A stretch of 60,474 bases of DNA, the filler included, from Fonticula-like sp. SCN 57-25 (lineage: Eukaryota): assembly GCA_001724245.1 (NCBI GenBank). It is 5 parts of 5 records of this genome, joined end to end, with 100 filler letters (N's around TTAATTAATTAA, not from the genome) between each part and the next. Parts side by side here need not be neighbours in the genome. Positions count along the whole stretch, not along the records: positions 12,312 to 24,829 come from MEDX01000191.1; positions 24,930 to 36,775 come from MEDX01000192.1; 3 more parts are not named here. One strand, given 5' to 3'. The number at the start of each line of letters is the position of its first letter. Position 1 is the first letter of the stretch. The notes below the pieces were generated by a model. That model ran no database searches. It was given only the letters and a program-made list of their open reading frames with translations, and had not been told where the DNA came from. Positions 23,804 to 33,545 of this stretch are shown in pieces. The position numbers and the translations under genes were made by a program.

Positions 23804-25353
23804 TAATGAACTGTACACTATGGAAATAATGCATTATGCATTTTTGATATTGCTATAAAAGATGGAGCTATCTAGACGGTGCTAGTACTGGTACTACAAG
23901 GGAAGCTGAGTGGCCATATCCATACAACCGCACGACTTCACATGCTAGTAGCTTTTGCTACTGGGGCACAGCGCGAAAATGAAAGGATTATGGAAGAGCA
24001 CAATGATGTACCAGCAGGTCCAGCACCACTAGAGAGAAATGAGTGGCCTTCCACCTCTATGCTGATAGCTTTTACAACCAGGGCACAGGCCGTGCCCGGT
24101 TGTAAAAGCTATCAGCACCAGAAGTGGTCTCTGTAGGGTTGTAGCTCAATCTATGGACTGTGATTTTCGACGTGATTGGTCGGACGTGGGTGGCATCCTG
24201 TCGTGTGGGCGCGCGAGGTCAATATAGTTTTGAACCTATTATTTGCTATTATATTATTATTAGCTATTACTTGTGGCTATTACTTTATAGTTGATAGCTA
24301 TTATTTCATTGTATGATAGCTATTATTTCACAATTTTGATGGGTATTATATAATTCGATAGCTATTACATCACAGTGCCTAATAGCTATGGCTCGGTCCA
24401 GCGGGGATTCAAGACTAGATCGTATTGGGTCAGATTCGACCTGTCGCGCACGCATTTCACGGGCATTGGGCAGCAGCAATGGCGCCACTTCACGTATGCC
24501 TATTCTATGCGCAACTGGCAGGCGTTCCTTAATGAACCATCCCTCTTCCTCCGCAAACGCCCTTTTCAGATTCGCAACTGCGCTAGCCGACCAGCTGGCC
24601 GTAGGCGGGCGGGTCCTTGATGAGCGGCACAACAACAGACGGTTAGAGCTTGTGCATGAAGCAAGGCAAGTACGCCGAAAAGGGACAACTTACCGCCGCG
24701 CATTTTCCAAGCCTCCACGCATCTTGGTTAGGATTCGCCATTCCAAAAGCGCCTCCTCTTGCACTGGAGCCAGCAGCGGCCTAGGTTCACGCCAGCCAGC
24801 GACGCAACAGAACCGCTACCAGGCGCAAANNNNNNNNNNNNNNNNNNNNNNNNNNNNNNNNNNNNNNNNNNNNTTAATTAATTAANNNNNNNNNNNNNNN
24901 NNNNNNNNNNNNNNNNNNNNNNNNNNNNNTCAGGGTGTAGCGCGAGTGACACTGTATCCATCATGATTAATAACAATGACGATTTTGAAAGTTTTCTTTG
25001 GTTTGCACTTTGAAGGGCAAAAAAGACCATTTATGCTTGTTTTACCTCACGTCAAAGTGTCTTTCATGATAAGCATGGCATACATTCATTTATTGGATCA
25101 CATTCACAATGTTGGTCAAAGTATCACTTTCAGTACAAGCATGAACAGCCTTTCTGAATGAAGCAAGTCCAATGGCACAATTGGGCAAACCTGTAAAGAC
25201 CCTCTCTTCTGATTGGACAATGCTAAAGGACCCTCTCTTTTGATTGGACAAATAAAATTATTCATGGTTCACTCGAGTGTATTGTCTCGTCATATCTACA
25301 ATGGGCGTCAACACCGGCGACGCGCAATAAAACAATAAAGAAAACACTAAAGA

Positions 25354-25430
25354 GAATCAGGAAATATAGAGTTTCATCCAGCCTCATTAGAGTTCAGGAT
25401 TAGCATGAAATATTTTGGAAACATCACATG
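25354..25430 (-). ncRNA. Box C/D snoRNA 8, candidate U6 snRNA Am53 guide (mgU6-53/SNORD8-9-like)
   Basis: C box GTGATGT; D' CTGA with a 10-nt guide to U6 GAUUAGCAUG, +5 = A53; D box CTGA. Confidence 0.65.
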
Positions 25431-25534
25431 AAAAGAGCACGAACAGTCTCGAATAGGGCGCGGCCATACCTGCCAAACAGCACAGTTAGTACAAGTGTAA
25501 ACATAAACCAAACAAAATATAACAAGTATACAAA

Positions 25535-25636
25535 GAGGAATGAAGGGATCAGAAAGCTGGGTTTATGATGGGTCGTCAACGTTTTTCAGTCGAAAGATGG
25601 TGATCAAATTTCTCTCATCACTTTCCTTCATTCCTC
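25535..25636 (-). ncRNA. Box C/D snoRNA 7, double guide: LSU Am807 (snR39/59-like) and Cm2948 (snR69-like)
   Basis: D' guide to CGAAAGAUGGUGA; D guide to AGCUGGGUUUA; 12-bp flanking stem gaggaatgaagg/ccttcattcctc. Confidence 0.85.
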
Positions 25637-25797
25637 ACAACACAACACGAAAGAAAAAAAAAAAGAATATGACGCGTACCTAATAGAATGGTAGCCAATG
25701 GTCGTACGTTGTTGTTACCTTAAGTCGGCAGTCTACAAGAGCAGAGTAAGTATGCATGCAATATAATCACCCAAAACAAATAAAACAACACAATGCA

Positions 25798-25872
25798 AGG
25801 ATCAGATTAAGCTTCTCCATCAGGTGTTACTCTCAGACTCGAAAGATGGTGTAATTTGCTATCATCAGAATA
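25798..25872 (-). ncRNA. Box C/D snoRNA 6, snR39B/SNORD2-like (LSU Gm805 yeast)
   Basis: D' guide complementary to CGAAAGAUGGUG, +5 = G; TGATGA and CTGA boxes. Confidence 0.82.
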
Positions 25873-26031
25873 CCTCACAATACAACACACAAAAAACAAT
25901 CCAATAAAGATAAACGTACCGGTTATGAATAAAGAGGCAAACCAACCCGCCAAAAGCAACGAAACGCTACCATAAAGCGCCCAATGTAAGCATGTTATGC
26001 CAGATAATAATAGATAAAAGGCAGAAATGCA

Positions 26032-26112
26032 TGCATCAGATAAAACAACTCCATCAAAGTAAATACTCAGACGGCAATTCCTATCAATGTGTATTTTGTT
26101 TTTTCATCCCAC
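26032..26112 (-). ncRNA. Box C/D snoRNA 5, snR77/SNORD65-like (18S Um578 yeast)
   Basis: C box GGGATGA, C' TGATGG, D and D' CTGA; guide pairs with CGGUAAUUCC with one G-U. Confidence 0.7.
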
Positions 26113-26228
26113 AACAGCAATACTAAACCGCATCGCAAACCAATGAAACTTACCCAAAATAGTCGACCTATTCAAGTAAAAGTCAGTATTGGAAAAAAGT
26201 AAAGGGGCAGAAAGAAAACACATGAAAT

Positions 26229-26312
26229 AGTATCAGAAGGTAAAACCACAGAAAAGACCGTTTTGTCAAACATGCAGGTTTTTAGACAGCCAAGGGATTG
26301 TTTCATCAGAAT
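26229..26312 (-). ncRNA. Box C/D snoRNA 4, U53/SNORD53-like (LSU Cm3848 human)
   Basis: D' CTAA with a 12-nt guide to ACAGCCAAGGGA (+5 = C); extra match to the overlapping AAACCACAG. Confidence 0.8.
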
Positions 26313-26484
26313 AGCACGCGCACAACATCACCCCTTCCTACACAAATAATAAACGCACCTTGATAGTAGGCGTGTCACGGCCTCATCGTCGTCATCGCGA
26401 GTCGACATGTGTCAAAGTCTATCAGACAGAGAGTTAGTTTCAAGTAGGCAAGGCAATACAACACGAAATAGGCACAAAAAATAA

Positions 26485-26584
26485 AGGATCAGACATCTAA
26501 GGAAGGACAGTTCAACTAGCATTAGTGGGCGACTGCCTACTCTTCAGTGGAAACTGCGAATGAACTGTTTGTTTCATCACACTT
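26485..26584 (-). ncRNA. U14: U14 (snR128) snoRNA
   Basis: Domain A CATTCGCAGTTTCCAC; domain B complementary to 18S ACAUCYAAGGAAGG (Cm414) next to the D box; GTGATGA C box. Confidence 0.93.
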
Positions 26585-26746
26585 TACGGAAAAAATAAAC
26601 ACACAATACTGAAAATTAACATACCTCGCTAGGACTGACGCAATGTTCTTGTGCAGAGGCGTAATGCCATAGCAGGCCTAGACGCGCATTGTAAGTAACC
26701 AAACAAAAGACACTTATTATAGGAGCAAAACAGAAACATATAGGAA

Positions 26747-26836
26747 GAGTCAGACAAAATGGGTAAAGGGTAAGTTGCCTGACGATCTCAACAGTTGAAA
26801 TTCTGACTGGGGCGGCCAGGCAAAGTCATCACACTC
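26747..26836 (-). ncRNA. Box C/D snoRNA 2, snR67/U31-like (LSU P-loop Gm2619 yeast)
   Basis: GTGATGA and CTGA boxes with GAGT/ACTC stem; D' CAGA guide complementary to ACUGGGGCGG, +5 = E. coli G2251 equivalent. Confidence 0.8.
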
Positions 26837-27021
26837 AAACCTCACACACGCGAAAAGAACACACATTTACGACAATAGACACAAAACATACCTCGAGAGC
26901 AAAAAGGCTCTTGTTTCAGATCATGAAGTACATGGTACAGGGCGGGGAATCTAGCAGGTCGAGGGGCAGGTCAGTGACAATGAACGAGAGCGGAAGAGAA
27001 ACACAAAAGAATAGAGGAGGA

Positions 27022-27126
27022 GCGTGTCAGGATTATTGGCTTGCACAGTCGCACGAATGCGACCGTGAGGACTTTTGACTCAGCATGGTCGATAAGTCGG
27101 GGTAAGAAGAACAAGCATCACCCACG
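27022..27126 (-). ncRNA. Box C/D snoRNA 1, snR190/SNORD12-like (LSU Gm2395 yeast / Gm3878 human)
   Basis: C box GTGATGC, D box CTGA, D' CTTA; guide matches LSU CGGGGAAAGAAGA with 1 mismatch and the +5 rule hits the third G; internal 10-bp UUCG hairpin; terminal stem. Confidence 0.65.
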
Positions 27127-27300
27127 TAAAGTGTATAGAGCAGTAGCAGCAGAGGCACACAGAGAGAGCAACATAGAAGCAAGAGCAACACAACCATAAA
27201 ACATTTCAACCAACTCGCACCATTTCATCCGGCCATCTTCAAGCCACGAGCGAGGCAAAAGAAAAGGAAAATCAAAGGAAAGAAACGCCACGCGGCGCTC

Positions 27301-27376
27301 TTTATACCTCAAAAAACTCCACGTGGCCATTCCGCCATTTCACGTGGCCATTTACGTTCGCCCCGCACATCACGTG
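27301..27376 (-). promoter_or_regulatory. TATAAA box and three CACGTG E-boxes upstream of the snoRNA host gene (divergent with PHYH)
   Basis: TATAAA 27306-27301; CACGTG at 27320, 27341 and 27371; CTTTCCTTT pyrimidine tract starting at 27282. Confidence 0.6.
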
Positions 27377-27488
27377 ATTAAATGATATGAATTTCCAAAT
27401 ATGGAAATTTCGCCGTAAAAGGCAAAGGAGTGTTGTTGGTTCCATGTCATTCTTTAGCTTGTCTCCGGCCCGGCCCTCCACCTCCACC

Positions 27489-28481
27489 ATGTCGGATCGC
27501 CTTGCCCAGACCCTTGGTCACCTCTCGAGCGCCCCCGCGGCCGCCGCCACCGCCTCTTCCTCCGCCGCTTCGGGCTATGAGTTTTCGGTTAACCGCAATG
27601 GTCGCCTGACTGCTGCCCAGCGCGACTTTTATGAGAAGAACGGCTTCATCGTCATCAAGGGCGTCGTCCCCCCGTCCGATCTCGAGGCGTACCGCGAGCG
27701 CTTCGTCAAGCTGTGCAACCGCGAGGTTGAGAGCCCCCCCATGATGACTGTGATGCGCGACCTGAGCAACGCCAAGGACCGTCACCTCAAGGGCGAGCAG
27801 ATCATCAACAAGGTCCAGCACTTTGAGGATGATGACGTGCTCTTTTCGTACTGCAAGCACCCCGCCGTGCTCGATTACGTCGAGAGCTTCATCGGCGGCG
27901 ACATCATGAGCGTCCACACGATGCTCATCAACAAGCCCCCGCACGTTGGCGCCCTCGGCCGCCACCCCCTTCACCAGGATCTGCACTACTTCCCCTTCCG
28001 CCCGGCCAACCGCGTCGTGTGCGCCTGGACGGCGATGGAGCGCGTGAGCAAGGCCAACGGCTGCCTCGTCGCCCTCCCCGGCACGCACAAGGGCACCCTT
28101 CTCGAGCACGACTACCCCGAGTGGGGCGACCAGGGCGGCGTCAACAAGATGTACCACGGCGTCAAGGGCATCAGCAAGGACGACAGCGCCATGGCCTACC
28201 TCGAGATGGACCCCGGAGACACCGTCTTCTTCCACCCGATCCTCATTCACGGCTCGGGCGCCAACATGACCAGCGGCTACCGCAAGGCCATCAGCTGCCA
28301 CTATGCCAGCTCAGAGTGCCACTGGATCGACGTCAAGGGCACCAGCCAGGAGTTTGTCGCCGAGGAGATCGCCGACCTCCTCAAGAAGATGACAAAGGGC
28401 GCCGACCTCAGCCTCACAATCCAGGACATCTTCCGCTACAAGAGCAGGCTCGTCCGCGGCGAGTACGGCGAGCTCGTGTAA
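27489..28481 (+). CDS. PHYH: Phytanoyl-CoA dioxygenase, peroxisomal
   Basis: PTS2 RLAQTLGHL; HTMLINKPP, HPLHQDLHYFPFRP, FFHPILIHGSG, RKAISCHYA. Confidence 0.95.
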   Translation: MSDRLAQTLGHLSSAPAAAATASSSAASGYEFSVNRNGRLTAAQRDFYEKNGFIVIKGVVPPSDLEAYRERFVKLCNREVESPPMMTVMRDLSNAKDRHLKGEQIINKVQHFEDDDVLFSYCKHPAVLDYVESFIGGDIMSVHTMLINKPPHVGALGRHPLHQDLHYFPFRPANRVVCAWTAMERVSKANGCLVALPGTHKGTLLEHDYPEWGDQGGVNKMYHGVKGISKDDSAMAYLEMDPGDTVFFHPILIHGSGANMTSGYRKAISCHYASSECHWIDVKGTSQEFVAEEIADLLKKMTKGADLSLTIQDIFRYKSRLVRGEYGELV

Positions 28482-28711
28482 GCGACTTTTATGCAGCCGC
28501 GTGCCCCGCCCTACCTCCCACACAGTGCCATCTGTTTGTTATTGCCATATTGTAGCGTAGCCATTTAGTAAACCCTGCTGTTATATACTATTTTTCTTTC
28601 CCTGTACACCCTCAAAGGCCCGCAAAATAGCCACTGTTCAGTGATACTTTTTGTTTCAGTTCACAGCCATAGTATTATATTATTCAAACAACTCTCTAAA
28701 CACCCCCAAAA

Positions 28712-31700
28712 TCACTTTTGCTTCTTGTCCTTTTGGGGCGCCGCGGCCTCGTCCTCGCGCTTCTTTTGCGCAAGCTTTCCCGCCTCTGCAAACACGCGCT
28801 GCATGTCGGCATCGAGCGCGCTCGACAAGAGCGCGATGCGCTGCCCGCCCGCGCGCTGCAGCTCGTCCATCGTCTCCTGGAAGACAATGTACTCGTCCGT
28901 CTCGTCGATGGGCAGCTCGACAAAGAACTCTTCCTCGAGGCCCGTCGGGAAGCTCCCAAAGCCGTTCTCGCCGTCCTCGTCGTCCTCGTCCTCGTCGTCG
29001 TCCTCGAAAGCGTCCATCTCGGCCGCGTCGTCCTCGTCGTCGGGCCCGCTCGGCACGGCCCCTTCCCTGCGCGCGGCCCTCCCCGCGCGGCGCGTGAGCT
29101 GCTCGAGGTACTGCGCATCCTTTTCGTTAAAGATGTCGTCCTCGTCGCCGATGGCGTTGCCCTCGTCGTCCTCCTCGACCTCGTCGTCATCGTCGTCGTC
29201 GACCTGCTGCATCATGCGGTTCTCGAGGTACGCGCGGCGCAACACCGCCGCCGGCATCGTCTGCAGGAACTTGGCCATCATGGCGACCGACGCAGGGAGA
29301 AAGTTTTGCGCGCTCGCGGGGAGCTGCTCGCTGGGCGTGCGCCACAGCTGGCACAGCGCAATGATCGAGAGCTTCTTGTCGTGCACGCGCACAAAGCGGT
29401 CAGCGTTGGCCGACCACGCGCCGAGGAACATATCCGTCCAGCCCTTGGACTCGAGGTGCGAGAGCGCCAGCGTAGAGTTGTACAGGAGCGCGTTGATGGC
29501 AACCTCGAGGCCGCACACAATCAGCGCGTCCTCCGAGGCGCGCCCCGCCGCCGGCAGCGCCATGTCAATCAGCGTCGGCACCACGTGGTCGATGCGGCCG
29601 CGCAGGCGCATCATGACGGCCTCGATGAGCTTGCACGCGTTGGAGCGCTCAATGTCGCCGGCGCGCGTCGACGTCATCACGCCCTCAATCATCTCGAGCA
29701 CCATCTGCAGGCGCGACGGGTCCGCCATAAAGGCGTCCGAGTCGACGCTAATGTAGTTGTCGATGGCGGGGACCATCTCGGTAAAGTAGTCGAACGCGCT
29801 CATCTTGTACGCCTGGTAAAGCATCGGGAGCACCGACCACATCATGTCAGAGATGGGGCGGCCGTGGATGTACGTGAAGGCGACGACCATCTCGAGGATC
29901 TCCTCAAGCATGTCAAAGTTGGCATTCTGAAGCACGTGCGACATGAGCGGGTAAAAGACGGGCTCGAGCTGCAGCAACACCTGCGGGTGGTCGTCCACCG
30001 CGCGGATCACCGTCAGCATCGTCCGAAGGATGCCCATGATCGTCAGGCCGAGGCCGCCAAACTCGTCATCGTCGTCATCATCGTCCATCATCGCAGCGAG
30101 GCCGCCGGCAGGAGCGCCCAGGCCGCTGCGCGAAAGCTCCTCCTCAAGCATGCCAAGGAACGTGTCGCGCATCTGCGTGCACAGCTGCACGGCAAACGGC
30201 GCCATGTCGTCGGCAAAGGTCTCTACAATGTTGCTCATCACTTGCGTGACGTGCTCAACGCTCGACTCTTGCGTCAGCGCAAGAAGCTCCTGCATCACGA
30301 TCTGCAGGCTCGGGCGGATGTGCTCCTGGACTGAGGGGGTAAACAAAAGTTAGTCGCACTATTTAAACCACAAAAAAGCGCACAGAAAGGCTTCTCGAGG
30401 AGGAAGCTGAGGGCGATGGCCGCCTGGACCTTGACCGGGAGCTCGGGGTCGCGCATGCCGCGAATGACCATGTCGAGGGCGCGGACGATCGTCTGCTCGT
30501 GCTCAAAGTTGAGGCTGCCAAACTGGCCGAGGACCCAGAGCGCGCGGGCGCGGAGGAACGGCGCCGGGCACTCGATCTCTGAGAGGACGTGCGTGTTGAT
30601 GAGCTCCTCCATCTGCGGGATGAGCCACTCGGACTCTTCGATGGTGGTGGACGCGGCCCCAATCATGGCGAGCGCGCCGTCCTTGTGGCGGTAGTTGCGC
30701 TCGGCGGGCGCGGCCGCCGCGTACGACGACAGGATCGAGTGGCAGAACTGGAGGACGACCATGAGCGTGCTCTTCTTGCGCATGCTCACCATACGGTGCA
30801 CAAAGTTCATGGCGGCGGCGACCGGCGAGCGGTACTCCTCCTGCGCGTCAAACTTGGCGCGGAGGTACTCGTGGGGGTCGCTCTCCCACATCTCCTGGTC
30901 GGCGTCCGTGTGGCACAGCAGCGGGAAGCACAAGTCCACAAGGAGCGGGCGCATGTTGTTCTTGAGAAGCGCCCACGTGACAGCGTGGTCAATGCAGTCC
31001 GACGAAAACTCGAGCGTGATTTGCACGAGGCGCGGGGCCACATACCGGCCCTCGATCACCTCGTTCATCTCGGCGAGCAGCGCCTGAAGAATGACAGGGG
31101 TAGTGCTCTTGAGGAACGACTTTGCAAACGCGCGGTGGTGGTCCGGCGCGAGCGTCGGGTTGCCGTACCGCGAGCAGAGGCGGTGAAGCGTGTGGTGGCA
31201 CCACTTTTTGGCGCGCCACCAGGGGCCGTGCGCGCGCTCCCACGGGTCGCTGTTCGCGTCCTCTGCCTGCGCGGGCACAGGCTTGGCCACAAGCGACAGC
31301 AGAGCAGGCACCCACTCGGACAGCGCGTCGCGCAGAGGAATCGAAATGTCGTGCTGAACGGCAGTGAAGAAAATCTTGTTGATAAGGTACATGATCTCGC
31401 CAGCTTCGCGCGTGTCGAGCGTCACGCACGTCTTGTAGTAGTGCAAAAGAACAGGGAAAGTCTGCTGCGTAATGTTGTCGAGCTCGGCGCGCTTGCCAAT
31501 GCCAGCGTACTCAAAGCGCCTCACCAGCTCAAGCAGGATCAGCAGGCCGCCGTGAACAACAGACGGATCCGGTGACGAAAGGAACATTACGACCTTGCCG
31601 AGAAGCTCGGGCCACTTTTCCGGGTAGTCGTGCTGAATAATGATGCCAACGGCAAACAAAAGCTGCGCGCGAAGACGCGGGGGGGACTGAAGGGCCGCCT

Positions 31701-32053
31701 CGACGATCACGCTGCGAACAACCGTGCGATCATGCTCGCTCAGGGTAAAGCGATCCGTCGACTCTCCCTCGACAAAAGGGCGCCAATACTTGATAAGGTT
31801 CTTAAAGTAGATAGCAGCTGGTATGCGCAAGCGCAAAAAACCGCCAGTAAGTAAGGATGAATAGAGCACAGCAATAGGTCGTACCAGACTGCTTCACGTG
31901 CGGCTCCACCGTCGGGATCGTCAAAATCTGCAGCAGCGATGAGCAAAAGCCGGGAACCGTCGAGTTTTCCCGAAGCTGCTTCTCAGCGGCCGTGCGGACC
32001 GCCGGGTCAGGGTTCAGCGTATTGGCCAGCAGGCCGTAGATGGCTTGCTCCAT
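28712..32053 (-). CDS. IPO7: Importin-7/8 (Nmd5/Sxm1 family), 3 exons
   Basis: IBN_N start (TLNPDPAVRTAAEKQL, AAIYFKN), DYPEKWP, WWRAKKW, HKDGAL, FLRARA, RVHDKKL, acidic tail. Confidence 0.92.
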
Positions 32054-32168
32054 GCGCCCGCTTTCCACCGTCGTGCACCACGCGGGTTGCTGGCGGGAAA
32101 TCGTCTGATTTGCGTCTGATTTGACCCCAATCAGACCAAAATCAGGCACAATCACAGACGGCGGGTAG

Positions 32169-33215
32169 ATGTCTGCAGATGATGGCGGCGAGGCGCTCTT
32201 CAATCACGCTGCCAGCGTGCTCATGAGCACCTCCGAGCCAATGTACGTCCATTTTGCGGGCACTGAATTGTCAGTCTGGTAACATTTGCGTAGCATAGAG
32301 ATTGGATTCGTCATGGGCGAGCAAGCGTCGGGGCTCGTTGTTGTCCAAGGGAGGCTGGGGATCCCGTACGCGGTCATCTCCCCGCTGTACAAGTACGCGC
32401 ACGGCCGCGTTGTTTCATTACTAGGTGTCGATTCTATCGATGATGCGCTCGAAGCGGACGCGGTGACGCGCGTCCTTCTCGTGATGAATGCCGATTTCGG
32501 CTCGGTCTGGCATGTCCGAAAGCGCCTGCTGCTCGACGGCCGCCTAACGCTGGACGCCGAGATCAAGTTTATCGATCTCGTCTACACAAAGCACTTTAAA
32601 GCGCAGGAAGCGTGGGCACACCGTCGCTGGCTCTTTCTTCGTCACACGGACGCGCCAGCGCGGCGCCGCGCCGTTCAGTCCGAGCTCGCCGCCTGCGAGC
32701 GCGCCGCCGACCGCTACCCGAAAAACTACATGGCGTGGACGCATCGCCACTTTGTCGCGCGGCACCTGGACAGCGACGAACTCATTGCCGAGCTCAACGC
32801 GCATTTGTCTTTTGCAGTGCGGCACGTATCGGACCACGCCAGCTTTCAGTACCGCTCCTTCCTCCTCGACCTCGCAGCCGGCCTCTTTTCGCCGCCGAAA
32901 GCCGCGGCGCTGCTCCAGGCAGAGGCCGAGTTCAACACTGAGCTTATAACAAGGTTCCCCGGACACGAGGCGCTCTGGTGCCACAGGCGCTTTTTGGCCG
33001 CGCGAGGCGCGCTGGCCGGCCAGGAAGAGCTCGCGTGGTGCGCTTCCGTCGCAGCCGACCCAACCGTTGCCAAGCGAGGCGAGCAGGATAGATGCGCGCG
33101 CGCCTACGCGCTCTTTAGAAAGCACTTGGAGACGCCATTACGTGGCGAGGAACTGTACAAACAACTCACGGGCGATAGGTTATTGTCGCGCGCACGAGCG
33201 CCGAGTAGCACATAG
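32169..33215 (+). CDS. PTAR1: Protein prenyltransferase alpha-subunit repeat protein (PTAR1-like), 2 exons
   Basis: EAWAHRRW, YPKNYMAWTHR, HVSDHASFQYR, FPGHEALWCHRR. Confidence 0.85.
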
Positions 33216-33545
33216 ACGCCGTTGATTCGCGCTCATTTTTGGCTTTTTAAACCTATTTTTGACACCATGTATCGTGAACACTCTTCCCTCTCCTTCTTAC
33301 CTGTTGTACTTATTCAATATTATGATACCTCTGTACCAGCTCTACCCAGACCCCTTTCCCGCCCAAACTGACCAATCAGCGGCGTTATGCTCCTGTTGCA
33401 TTGTCATCATTTCCATGACTGGCTCCTGCAGGACAATGACACGATGTGAACAAGGGGCTGAAAGGATGCCGCCACCAGGAGCTTCCGAGTTATCGCACAG
33501 CAGCGTTCTCGGACCTTCATTTGCGATCCGCCTACTGCCGCTGTC

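Larger units (their letters stand above)
25270..27282 (-). ncRNA. Non-coding snoRNA host gene (GAS5/UHG-like) with 8 snoRNA-bearing introns; 3' end approximate
   Basis: Introns 27220-26951, 26891-26678, 26624-26419, 26358-26168, 26153-25967, 25919-25733, 25679-25470 and 25469-25296, each with a GT donor, YTRAC/CTTAC branch and YAG; all three exon-1 ATGs hit stops within 10 codons. Confidence 0.88.

Noticed and set aside
23840-24390. GCTAT/TAGC-rich tracts
   Set aside because: Low complexity; no definable unit, ends or coding signal
25196-25251. Direct repeat GACCCTCTCTTYTGATTGGACAA x2
   Set aside because: Probably duplicated CCAAT boxes for a gene beyond the spacer; cannot be assigned
25553-26815. 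Short rRNA-identical words as rRNA gene fragments
   Set aside because: Only 10-15 nt long and mostly adjacent to D/D' boxes, so they are antisense guides
25300-27250. Periodic ~250-bp pattern as a CRISPR array or tandem repeat
   Set aside because: No identical repeats and no cas genes; the periodicity is explained by the intron/snoRNA units
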